Assembly (NCBI GenBank): GCA_044345485.1
Contig: JBIJAX010000003.1
Span: 2,426-66,425 of the forward strand
Direction: 5' to 3'
DNA length: 64,000 bases
Source of the DNA: Candidatus Kapaibacterium sp.
GTDB taxonomy: Bacteria; Bacteroidota; Ignavibacteria; Kapaibacteriales; Kapaibacteriaceae
The notes beneath the pieces are model-generated. The model was given only the letters and a program-made list of their open reading frames with translations, was not told the DNA's origin and did not search any database. Below, in pieces: positions 14,903 through 23,209 of this stretch; position 1 is the stretch's first letter; the number at the start of each line of letters is the position of its first letter. The position numbers and the translations under genes are program-made.

Positions 14903-16741
14903 CTAAGATATTGCCTTGAGGATTCGAACTGCAATATCGTATTTCTTGAACGGAGGCATCAGATAGACGCCGTTGATGCGGTTACGTACGGATGACAAAA
15001 ACTCAACAGCGATCTGGATGCCGATGTCGGTTGCTTCTTCGGTGGATGCCGCGCCTTCCATGCGCTCGCGCACCCACTGCGGGATGTTCATTCCAGGTAC
15101 TTCGTAATGCAGGAACTCTGCATGCCGTATCGTGCGGAGCGGAATGATCCCAAGCATGAATTTGATATTGATGTCCTTGGTGCGGGCTAAAAATGTATCA
15201 AGAAGCTCTGCATCAAAGATGGGCTGTGAAAAGGCAACATGAGCCCCTTGCTCAGCCTTCATAGCAAGCCGATCGAGTTCGCGCTCAAGGTCTTCTGCTG
15301 CCGGGTTCACAGCGCACGAGATGCAGAAACCGGTAGATGCACCAAGCGGATTCCCCATCAGGTCTTGTCCGGTGTTCATGTGGCCTAGCGCTCGTATGAG
15401 TCCGATAGAGTCTACATCATAGACACTTGTGGCTGACGGAAAATCACCGATGTGTGTTGGGTCACCGGTAACGGCAAGGATATTCCGCACTCCCATCTCA
15501 TGGGCACCGATGAGCTCTGCCTGCAGAGCTACCATGTTGCGGTCTCTGCACGCAAGGTGCGCTATGCACTCCATGGACGTTTGCTCATGCACCAGTTTCG
15601 AGATTGCGATGGGGCTCATGCGGAGTCGCGCACGGGCGCCATCACTGATGTTGACGGCGTCGATGCCGTGCTGCTCAAGATAGCGGGCACCTTCAACAAC
15701 GCTCGACATATCAAGTCCACGCGGCACGTCTAGTTCAACCGTCGTTACAAACCGTTCGTTGATGCGCTCATGAAAGGTTGTCGGTGCCGCCGTGCTTTGC
15801 TCATGTGATTCTGCACGCTTGGAGGCTTTTACAACAATGGGTACAGACCCAACAGGTACATCTTTGACAGCATCAGCGATAGCCTTGATATGTGCTAGGT
15901 CTGCGCCGCCGTCTGCTCCAATGATACATGCGCCATGCTCTACGAGTCTGCGCGTAGCTGCGGCAACGTACGATGGTTCGGCATTGTAGATCGGGAATCC
16001 ATCGATGATTGTTGGGATCCCTACATCTGGAATTGCGACAAGGGGCTTCTCGGCAACACGAAGCGACTCGATAATGCCGAGCATTCGCTGAGGTCCAACC
16101 GTGCCGTTAGAGCCAATGGCGTCTACACCATGCTGGGTGAGACGTTCTGCAACAGCGCCGGGGAATGAGCCCGAAAGTACTGATCCGTCTTCGGGAAACG
16201 ACTTCAGCGCAAGTAGCGGAATTGATGCGCTGAGGGAGCGCACAGATTCAATGGCGATCTCGAGTTCGTCTACGTTGATAAACGACTTTAGCATGATGCC
16301 ATCGACCGAAGCGGCAAGCAATGCTGCTGCGTGTTCGGTAAAGCATGCACGCAGATCTGATGGCTCAAGCGGACCCAGCGGACGCATCATACGTCCGCTC
16401 GGACCAACAACGCCGATTACCCGAGCGCGAGACCCAGCGGCTGCGCGCGCCAACCACGCCCCTTTTCGATTGATCTCAAGAACCCGAGCGCTGAGCATCG
16501 ATGATTCCAGCGCATAGCGATTGGCATGCAGTGTATTAGTCTGCAGAAGCGTAGAACCGGCATCGACAAAGTCATGATGAATACGCTCAACGACAACGGG
16601 TGATGTCAGATTGTACCTATCGCTCGGCCGCTCGGAGAGTCCACGTTTGGCAAGTTCGATCTGCATCGAACCGTCGGTAACGAGAACTCCTTGTGAGAGC
16701 CATTCTGAGAGTGATGCGCCGTCGGAGACGTGACTACTCAT
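14903..16741 (-). CDS. fusion of a homocysteine S-methyltransferase-like (Hcy-binding) domain and methylenetetrahydrofolate reductase (YitJ-like architecture)
   Basis: aa 1-295 align by eye to the MetH Hcy-binding domain (LVTDGSMQIEL, LLQTNT, IGSNGTVGP, IIGADGGADLAHIKAIADAV). aa ~320-612 are MTHFR-like (TVELDVPRG, HLACRDRN, ILAVTGDP). Confidence 0.85.
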   Translation of the reverse strand: MSSHVSDGASLSEWLSQGVLVTDGSMQIELAKRGLSERPSDRYNLTSPVVVERIHHDFVDAGSTLLQTNTLHANRYALESSMLSARVLEINRKGAWLARAAAGSRARVIGVVGPSGRMMRPLGPLEPSDLRACFTEHAAALLAASVDGIMLKSFINVDELEIAIESVRSLSASIPLLALKSFPEDGSVLSGSFPGAVAERLTQHGVDAIGSNGTVGPQRMLGIIESLRVAEKPLVAIPDVGIPTIIDGFPIYNAEPSYVAAATRRLVEHGACIIGADGGADLAHIKAIADAVKDVPVGSVPIVVKASKRAESHEQSTAAPTTFHERINERFVTTVELDVPRGLDMSSVVEGARYLEQHGIDAVNISDGARARLRMSPIAISKLVHEQTSMECIAHLACRDRNMVALQAELIGAHEMGVRNILAVTGDPTHIGDFPSATSVYDVDSIGLIRALGHMNTGQDLMGNPLGASTGFCISCAVNPAAEDLERELDRLAMKAEQGAHVAFSQPIFDAELLDTFLARTKDINIKFMLGIIPLRTIRHAEFLHYEVPGMNIPQWVRERMEGAASTEEATDIGIQIAVEFLSSVRNRINGVYLMPPFKKYDIAVRILKAIS

Positions 16742-17196
16742 GCGGACTGTCCTGTTGGTGCGTCATCAAGTGACAGTGCCGTTGTTGGCTTCCACCACAG
16801 GTAGGCGCACATAGCAATCATGGCGCTGTTCTTGGCAACCTTGAGCCAGCTAACTTCTTCGCCGCCCTGTGATCCGAAACATCCGCAATCAATCTTCAGT
16901 CCGAGCACAACAGCATAGGCAACAGCAAACGTGAACATTACCAGCATTGCTCCGCAGATCAGTGCACTGGCCCTCACGCGGAATCCAGCAACAAGGGCGA
17001 TGCCTACTACTAGTTCAAGCCACGCAACAATGAGTGCGTAGCCGTTCACCAGCCACGATGGCATGAGGCCGTAGTGAGCGATTGACGTCGCAAAGGCAAG
17101 GGGCTCGATGATCTTGGGAACAGCGGCAAACACAAAGTATCCGCCGATGAACACGCGCAGTGCAAGACCAAGCCAGGGATAGAGCTGCGTTAGCAC
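16738..17196 (-). CDS. MauE/DoxX family membrane protein
   Basis: Four TM helices and a DCGCFG motif; the stop overlaps the next start by 4 nt. Confidence 0.7.
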   Translation of the reverse strand: MLTQLYPWLGLALRVFIGGYFVFAAVPKIIEPLAFATSIAHYGLMPSWLVNGYALIVAWLELVVGIALVAGFRVRASALICGAMLVMFTFAVAYAVVLGLKIDCGCFGSQGGEEVSWLKVAKNSAMIAMCAYLWWKPTTALSLDDAPTGQSA

Positions 17197-17197
17197 G

Positions 17198-17449
17198 TTA
17201 GAAGACCCATGTTGAAATGAATATCCAGAGAATCATGAACAGCACAATGCTGTTAAGAACGAATCCAAGTCTGTAGAGAAACCGTCCACCTTTGAGATCC
17301 CTCTGAGCAGCTACGGATTGCTCACCTGCAAATTGCAGATGGTGGTCGATATGGCGTGCCCAGATGGCAGCAACAAGTCCCACTCCCCACACGATGGAGA
17401 GAAACACACTGGCATAGCCAAGCCACACAACCTTGGTGTGCTGCTTCAT
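17198..17449 (-). CDS. small hypothetical membrane protein (83 aa)
   Basis: Two hydrophobic helices; tightly coupled on both sides (1-nt overlap upstream, 1-nt gap downstream); no recognisable family. Confidence 0.5.
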   Translation of the reverse strand: MKQHTKVVWLGYASVFLSIVWGVGLVAAIWARHIDHHLQFAGEQSVAAQRDLKGGRFLYRLGFVLNSIVLFMILWIFISTWVF

Positions 17450-19908
17450 CAGTCCAGTTTTTCCTCAAGTGCTAGTTTGATCTGCATCGTAAGGTCGTCA
17501 TAGTGGCCTTGCGTCATTGCATCGGTTGTGCGAGCCCCTTGCAGCTTCTTGAGCATGGACTTCAGCCGCGCGCGGCAGATAGCACGTACATCGGTGCTGT
17601 AGGTGCTCGGTCCACGCATGAAGATCATAAATCCATCGCCGGAAGAGGCAGGCTTTGATGACTTGTCGATCAGCTCTTGTACCAAGGTGCGCTGCAATGC
17701 GCGACGGTAAAAGTCGGAAGGGGCTTTTGTTGCAAGCTCTGTAAAGATCGATGTTTCGACATCGTCGAAGAGTTCAGTTACAGTGTAGGCTTCTGCACCA
17801 AAACGTGTTTGCTGATCGAGCAGGCGTGTAAGCTTGTCCGAAGAGATCACCGTGCGTAGCATACGCGTCTGTAGCGATGAAAGTCTCTGTGCAACGTCGG
17901 TAGGTGTGAGTAGTTGCGCAATGCGCTCATCGAGAAGCCACATTGGGGTCGTGAACACGTTGTCGCGCAGGAAGGCAACGGCTTCGCGCTGACGTGACTT
18001 CTTAACGATGGAGAACTGAGGTCCTTTCGATCCATGCACCTTACGCTCGATAACCACGCCACCTGGGATGTTGGCCACATGCCCCATCTCGCGGGACCAC
18101 TGTCCGATAAGATCGTCGTAGGCATCAGAGAGCATGCGGAAGTCATCGCCCGGCTTGTAAGTCGCATCATACACATACCCCATTGCACGCTTGAGGTTGG
18201 CAATACCATAGGCGCCGGCCTTGATCGCATCATCACCCAGGTCTTCTGTCTGTGCTGTTGGGTCCATCACCATCCACTGCTGCGCGCCAAAGCGCAGGTA
18301 TGGATCCTTTTCTGCTTCTGTTGCCCATGCACGCAAGGTGTCGAGTTCTTCGTCTGATGTCTTGGCGCTGATGATCGGACGGTATCCCCACTTAACGGCC
18401 CAGTTATCATACGGACCAACCTTTGGCATCACGTCTACATCATCACCTGGCTGGGCAATGTAGTTGTAGCGTGCATAGTCCATGATAGTTGGCGCGGTGC
18501 CGTACTTAGCGCAGAAGGTCTTTGAGCGTAATGAATCTACTGGGTAGGCGCTGGATGCCTTCATGTTGTGCGGCATGCCGATGGTATGTCCAAATTCGTG
18601 AGCGGCAACAAACGAGATCAGCTCGCCCATGAGCGAATCGGAGTAGGGAAGCACGCGTGACTTCGGATCGCTCACAGCCTGAGCAAAGAACCAGCCCGTC
18701 TGCAGCTTCATGATGTTGTGGAACCAACCGATGTCTGACTCAATGATCTCGCCAGTACGTGGATCGTGAATGTTGGGTCCGTATGCATTTTCAATCGGCG
18801 ATGGGTAATAGCGGATAACGCTATAGCGCGCATCTTCTGGAGAGAAGTCAGGATCCTGCTCTGGAGTAGGGGGCTCGAGGCACTGTACAGCATTCTTGAA
18901 ACCTGCTTGTTCAAAGGCCGGGTTCCACGCTTCAACACCTTTCTTGAGCCACTTGCGCCATTGCACCGGCGTTGCAGGGTCGATGTAATATGTAATCGGC
19001 TTGATCGGTTCTACCAATTCGCCCCGTAGGAATGCTGCGGTGTCCTTTGGTTCGAGGCGCCAGCGCAGAATGTACTCGCGGTTAACGGCCTCTGGTTCTG
19101 GACGTGAGAAGTCCGTCTGGTCTAGCGAGAAGAATCCCACACGTGGGTCTGCAAGACGTGGCATCATTGGTTTTTCGGGCAGCATCACCATGGAGTGGTG
19201 CATGGTAAACGACATCGTCTTTGATGCAGAATTCTGCGACGGATTCTCGGATGAGAACGTAACGACGTTTTCTACTTCAACATTCGTTGGAAAGCTCTTG
19301 ATGTACTCCACATACGAGCGGTCTCTGTCGAGTCCACCAATTTTGTACTGTGATCGAATACTACGATTCGGCGTCAGGATACCTACATCGCCCACGAACA
19401 TGTCGGTTACATCGATCACAACACTCGACGAATCCTTGTTATACGCCTGGATCGGAAATGCCTTAATGATCTCTTCGAAGTTGGCATTCTTCACCGCGCG
19501 TGATATCGGCGTTGAATCACTAGCAACGTTTACATAGGAAATCGTGCGAAGCAGGATCTTGTCGTACTTGCGCTCCCAGCGCACTACTTCGGTGTTGCTT
19601 TCCTCGCCGCCGTATCCCACTTGTGGCGTCTTTGCTATGCGGCTCACAAGCAGCAACTCTTTGCCCAGCATCGACTTCGGAATCTCATAGAAGAACTTTT
19701 CGTCGATACGGTGCACAACGAACATGCCGGAATCCGACACGGCCTCCTTGGTGATCACCTTCTCGTAGGCCTTGATCTTTTTATCCTTGTCTTTCTCTCC
19801 TGGTTTTTCTCCGCCTGCCATCGTTTGTTGGGTTGGCGCGCTCGATCCGCAACCAAAAAGAAATGCTGCAGCAAGCGAAATCGCGAGTAGGGGGTGTGTG
19901 GTGGTCAT
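17449..19908 (-). CDS. zinc-dependent metalloprotease lipoprotein (DUF5117/DUF4953-like)
   Basis: HEFGHTIGMPHN zinc motif. Start moved to ATG 19906-19908, giving the lipoprotein signal MTTTHPLLAISLAAAFLFGC. A -7 box lies 31 nt upstream of that ATG. Confidence 0.8.
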   Translation of the reverse strand: MTTTHPLLAISLAAAFLFGCGSSAPTQQTMAGGEKPGEKDKDKKIKAYEKVITKEAVSDSGMFVVHRIDEKFFYEIPKSMLGKELLLVSRIAKTPQVGYGGEESNTEVVRWERKYDKILLRTISYVNVASDSTPISRAVKNANFEEIIKAFPIQAYNKDSSSVVIDVTDMFVGDVGILTPNRSIRSQYKIGGLDRDRSYVEYIKSFPTNVEVENVVTFSSENPSQNSASKTMSFTMHHSMVMLPEKPMMPRLADPRVGFFSLDQTDFSRPEPEAVNREYILRWRLEPKDTAAFLRGELVEPIKPITYYIDPATPVQWRKWLKKGVEAWNPAFEQAGFKNAVQCLEPPTPEQDPDFSPEDARYSVIRYYPSPIENAYGPNIHDPRTGEIIESDIGWFHNIMKLQTGWFFAQAVSDPKSRVLPYSDSLMGELISFVAAHEFGHTIGMPHNMKASSAYPVDSLRSKTFCAKYGTAPTIMDYARYNYIAQPGDDVDVMPKVGPYDNWAVKWGYRPIISAKTSDEELDTLRAWATEAEKDPYLRFGAQQWMVMDPTAQTEDLGDDAIKAGAYGIANLKRAMGYVYDATYKPGDDFRMLSDAYDDLIGQWSREMGHVANIPGGVVIERKVHGSKGPQFSIVKKSRQREAVAFLRDNVFTTPMWLLDERIAQLLTPTDVAQRLSSLQTRMLRTVISSDKLTRLLDQQTRFGAEAYTVTELFDDVETSIFTELATKAPSDFYRRALQRTLVQELIDKSSKPASSGDGFMIFMRGPSTYSTDVRAICRARLKSMLKKLQGARTTDAMTQGHYDDLTMQIKLALEEKLD

Positions 19909-19938
19909 GTGCGTGTAAATGCCGTGAAACGTAAGCCA

Positions 19939-19946
19939 CAAAAGTA
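19939..19946 (-). promoter_or_regulatory. Bacteroidota-type -7 promoter box (TACTTTTG)
   Basis: Plus strand reads CAAAAGTA, which is TAnnTTTG on the minus strand, 31 nt upstream of the metalloprotease ATG. Confidence 0.4.
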
Positions 19947-20005
19947 CGGCATAACACGGTAGGGGCGAGAGGGGGATCGCTTGAGGGTACACGAGGGGAC
20001 TGGGC

Positions 20006-20040
20006 ACGGAGTACGGATTACGGAGTACGGATTACGGATA
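20006..20040. repeat. heptanucleotide tandem repeat, 5 units of ACGGA(G/T)(T/A)
   Basis: Read directly: ACGGAGT ACGGATT ACGGAGT ACGGATT ACGGATA. Confidence 0.9.
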
Positions 20041-20118
20041 CTGGGGGCGTGGCTATTCGTCATCTCAGCGCAAGAGCGCTACGCTCGCGAAAGAAGGGGC
20101 GGCCCTCGCACCTGCGGT

Positions 20119-20200
20119 GCTCGGGATGACGCGGCGCGGAGCAGAGGGTAGAAGGTGGAGCTCAAGCATAAACAAGCAAAATCGGTGCGTCATCCCGAGC
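20119..20200. repeat. 14-bp perfect inverted repeat GCTCGGGATGACGC / GCGTCATCCCGAGC with a 54-nt spacer (REP-like)
   Basis: Left arm 20119-20132, right arm 20187-20200. A degenerate third copy, CGTCATCTCAGCG, lies at 20058-20070. Confidence 0.85.
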
Positions 20201-20219
20201 CGCGTTAGCGGCGAGGGAC

Positions 20220-20271
20220 CTCGCTACTCGCTACTCGGCACTCGCTACTCGCTACTCGCTACTCGGCACTC
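20220..20271. repeat. heptanucleotide tandem repeat, 7 units of CTCG(C/G)(T/C)A plus a partial unit
   Basis: Read directly: (CTCGCTA)2 CTCGGCA (CTCGCTA)3 CTCGGCA CTC. The reverse complement TAGCGAG resembles the 20006-20040 unit TACGGAG. Confidence 0.9.
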
Positions 20272-20432
20272 AAAAAGAGATGCCCGGCCAGCTGGGGAGG
20301 GGGAGTGCTGTGCTCGGGCATCTGTGGTGATCGTGTGGCGCTGTGCTTGGGGGCAGGATCTGGGGGATCGGCCACACGTCATATATGAGGGGACAGGTTC
20401 ACAGACGTAGCGTTTTGAAAATTGTTACATCC

Positions 20433-20440
20433 TATCTTTG
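20433..20440 (+). promoter_or_regulatory. Bacteroidota-type -7 promoter box (TATCTTTG)
   Basis: TAnnTTTG ending 6 nt before the pyrF ATG. A TTTG lies 15 nt upstream, which is short spacing for a -33 element. Confidence 0.35.
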
Positions 20441-20446
20441 CCCCCA

Positions 20447-21202
20447 ATGATACCTCGTAACGGACTCTGCGTAGGGCTTGATCTCGATCTTGAGAAGCTG
20501 CCAGCCCCCTATCAAAAGCAAGTTGTTGATCTGCAACGGTTTGGATGTGATGTTGTGGACGCAACGCGGGGTGCTGCCTCGTGTTACAAGCTTAATCTTG
20601 CCTTCTACGAGCAGTACGGACGTGAGGGAATTGACGCACTGTATGCAATTCGCGAGCACATTGGAGATGCCTATGTGATCGCTGATGCAAAGCGCGGAGA
20701 TATCGGCAATACATCGGCTGCGTATGCAAAGGCCGTGTTCGACGATCTCAAGGCCGATGCCATTACGGTGTCGCCATATATGGGACGCGACTCTGTTGGA
20801 CCATTCCTCGATGTTCCAGGGAAGATGGTCTATGTTCTGGCACTCACATCTAACCCTGGCTCGCACGATTTTCAACGTCGGCTCGTTGGCGATACGCCCC
20901 TTTACGAACTTGTGATGAACACCGTGCTCTCATGGCCGCGCAGCGGTGATGTTGGCTTTGTTGTTGGTGCAACGAATGCTGCAGAGCTATCGATGTTGCG
21001 AACGAAGTTCCCCAATGCGCCGCTGCTGATTCCAGGCATTGGTACTCAAGGCGGAGACACGCAAGAGACCCTTACAGCAAATGCTATGGGGCCAGCAGTG
21101 TTTAATGTTTCTCGCGGACTCCTTTATGCCGATGGATCTGAGAGCTGCATGGAGACAATCCAGCGTCTGGCCAAGACCTACAGCACACAAATGCAGTTCT
21201 GA
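20447..21202 (+). CDS. pyrF: orotidine 5'-phosphate decarboxylase
   Basis: LCVGLDLD and DAKRGDIGNT catalytic motifs. The track start at 20438 is TTG; the in-frame ATG at 20447 is preferred. Confidence 0.88.
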   Translation: MIPRNGLCVGLDLDLEKLPAPYQKQVVDLQRFGCDVVDATRGAASCYKLNLAFYEQYGREGIDALYAIREHIGDAYVIADAKRGDIGNTSAAYAKAVFDDLKADAITVSPYMGRDSVGPFLDVPGKMVYVLALTSNPGSHDFQRRLVGDTPLYELVMNTVLSWPRSGDVGFVVGATNAAELSMLRTKFPNAPLLIPGIGTQGGDTQETLTANAMGPAVFNVSRGLLYADGSESCMETIQRLAKTYSTQMQF

Positions 21203-21251
21203 TATGTCACGTTCTGGGTGATGGATCGCACAGTGTATCGGAGGATACACT

Positions 21252-22172
21252 ATGCGTCTTGATGCATTTCCAGAACGAGTGCTGCAGCATGCAGTTCATC
21301 GTGTACTATCTGATGGACGCCGCCGCTGGCGGGTAACGAACGGACAATACATCCAGGTGCTCTCGCCCGGCACTCTCAACGTCCATGAAGGTCCAGATTT
21401 TGCCAACATGGCATTGCTCTGCGAGGGGGCTGTTACGGTTGCCTCGGGGGAGTTTCATGTGCATAGTTCCGACTGGTTTGCACACGGACATGGCGGTGAT
21501 CCACGCTACCGAGATGTTGCCGTGCACATCGTGCTGGATAATGACAGGCCTGTAGACAACCTTCGCTGGACGCTGGTTGTGGCGATGTCTGACGTGCTGA
21601 AGTGTATCCGCTCTGCTCCGCAACCGTTTGTGCCGTCGGCCAACCACGTTGATGAACTACAGCAGGCCGCTATTTCCCGGCTAAAGCGTCATATCGACAA
21701 TGCCCGCATTGTTATTGCCAGGCTTGGCATGAGGGAAGCTCTACGAGCGCTTACCGACGAGTGGTTTGGACGCATGGCAATGAGAAAACATCATCCAGTT
21801 TCTGCCGATATCCAACGTCAGCTGCGGCAGGCGGTTGCACACTCGCCCCTAGGTCAACTTGCAATCACCATCCATGAACGTTCGCCAGAGAGTCTTCTCG
21901 AAGCAATCCGAGTTGCAGAGCTTCAGCGCATTGCCCTCGAGGGCAGATCCCTTCGGCGCGAACTCCTTATGAACGTGATATTCCCATGCTGCTGTGCTGT
22001 TGCACCCAATGCCAACCTTGTTGCGCTGCTGCAGTGGTTCTGGTCTGCACCATCAGTTCATCACTATGCTGCGTTGCGCCGTCGCTTCCCCGGTTTTGAT
22101 CAAACCTACATGTGGCAGCAGCAGGGTCTGCTCGAGTATGTTCGCTGGTATTCTCCGGTGTATGCGTCATAA
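21252..22172 (+). CDS. DUF2851 family protein
   Basis: GPDFANMALL ... GEFHVHSSDWFAHGHGGDPRYRDVAVHIVLD matches the DUF2851 hallmark region. A GGAGGA Shine-Dalgarno lies 6 nt upstream. Confidence 0.7.
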   Translation: MRLDAFPERVLQHAVHRVLSDGRRRWRVTNGQYIQVLSPGTLNVHEGPDFANMALLCEGAVTVASGEFHVHSSDWFAHGHGGDPRYRDVAVHIVLDNDRPVDNLRWTLVVAMSDVLKCIRSAPQPFVPSANHVDELQQAAISRLKRHIDNARIVIARLGMREALRALTDEWFGRMAMRKHHPVSADIQRQLRQAVAHSPLGQLAITIHERSPESLLEAIRVAELQRIALEGRSLRRELLMNVIFPCCCAVAPNANLVALLQWFWSAPSVHHYAALRRRFPGFDQTYMWQQQGLLEYVRWYSPVYAS

Positions 22173-22198
22173 ATGCAGGGAAGCGTATTTTGCGCCCC

Positions 22199-23209
22199 AT
22201 GATTACGACACTTATCACTGGCGCCAACGGCGAAATCGGACACAGTCTCCTCGAGACGCTTTCTTCACAACCAGATCGCAAGATCATTGCGCTAGACCTT
22301 GCGCCCCTTGGCGAAGCTCTCGCAAAGCATGTGCACGTAAGTGTGCAGGGCGATGTCTCCGATCCAGCAGTTGTTGCTCAGCTTGAACAGCACGACATCG
22401 ATGAGATCTATCACCTTGCGGCACTGCTCTCAACAAGCTCTGAGAAAAACCCCGAGCGTGCGCACAATGTGAATGTGAATGGCACGATGGGCCTTCTGAT
22501 GATGGCCCGCCGCATTGGTACGCGCACGGGCAAGGCTGTAAAGTTCTTGTTCCCGAGCACGATTGCCGTCTATGGCATGAAGAGCATCGAAGAGAAGAAC
22601 AATGCTGGTGCGGTAACAGAGTTTGAGCACCTGCAGCCAACAACGATGTACGGCATCAACAAGGTGTACTGCGAACAGCTCGGTGCATACATGAGCGATC
22701 GGTTTGGTCAGCTCACAAACGAGCGCAGCGCCAAGGTCCTCGACTTCCGAGCACTGCGTTTCCCGGGACTTATCTCTGCCACGACAGTTCCGACAGGGGG
22801 CACAAGTGATTACGCACCGGAGATGATCCACGCCGCAGCGCAGGGCAAAGCCTATGCATGTTTTGTGCGTCCAGATGCCCGCATCCCATTCATGGCCATG
22901 CCAGATGGCGTCAAGGCGCTGTTAGATCTTGCAGCAGCACCAATGGAAAACCTAACGCAGCGCGTGTACAACATCGGAGCATTCTCGCCATCAGCAGAAG
23001 AAATCGCTGTAAAGGTGAAAGAGGCATTCCCATCGGCTGAGATCAGCTATGCGCCGCATCCGCAGCGTCAGGCCATTGTTGATTCGTGGTGCGGGGATGT
23101 AAACGACTCGGCTGCACGGAATGATTGGGGATGGACGCCAGACTACGACATGGACAGGGCTTTCAACGAATACCTGATCCCGATCATCTCTAAGGTGTAT
23201 GCAGGATAA
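22199..23209 (+). CDS. NAD-dependent epimerase/dehydratase family protein, L-threonine 3-dehydrogenase-like (extended SDR)
   Basis: GANGEIG nucleotide-binding motif, YGINK (YxxxK), and [23 protein letters not shown] like SDR-type TDH. Start moved to ATG 22199. Confidence 0.7.
   Translation: MITTLITGANGEIGHSLLETLSSQPDRKIIALDLAPLGEALAKHVHVSVQGDVSDPAVVAQLEQHDIDEIYHLAALLSTSSEKNPERAHNVNVNGTMGLLMMARRIGTRTGKAVKFLFPSTIAVYGMKSIEEKNNAGAVTEFEHLQPTTMYGINKVYCEQLGAYMSDRFGQLTNERSAKVLDFRALRFPGLISATTVPTGGTSDYAPEMIHAAAQGKAYACFVRPDARIPFMAMPDGVKALLDLAAAPMENLTQRVYNIGAFSPSAEEIAVKVKEAFPSAEISYAPHPQRQAIVDSWCGDVNDSAARNDWGWTPDYDMDRAFNEYLIPIISKVYAG

Noticed and set aside
20006-20271. Heptad arrays as a CRISPR array
   Set aside because: The units are 7 nt, directly abutting with no spacers, and there are no cas genes. 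These are microsatellite-like tandem repeats.
20117-20410. 97-aa ORF (…VIPSRVSGEGPRYSLLGTRYSLLATRHS…) in the divergent intergenic region
   Set aside because: Its sequence is simply the translation of the inverted-repeat and heptad-repeat DNA. It is low-complexity and Arg/Gly/Ser-rich, with no RBS or family resemblance. It is treated as repeat DNA, not a gene.
19909-20446. Possible replication origin at the strand-switch point (about 20 kb of minus-strand genes to the left, about 22 kb of plus-strand genes to the right)
   Set aside because: I found no DnaA-box matches (TTATCCACA/TGTGGATAA), only 2-mismatch strings such as TAAGCCACA. There is no AT-rich unwinding element, and no dnaA/dnaN nearby. 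The region is GC-rich. A cumulative GC-skew plot on the whole contig would settle it.
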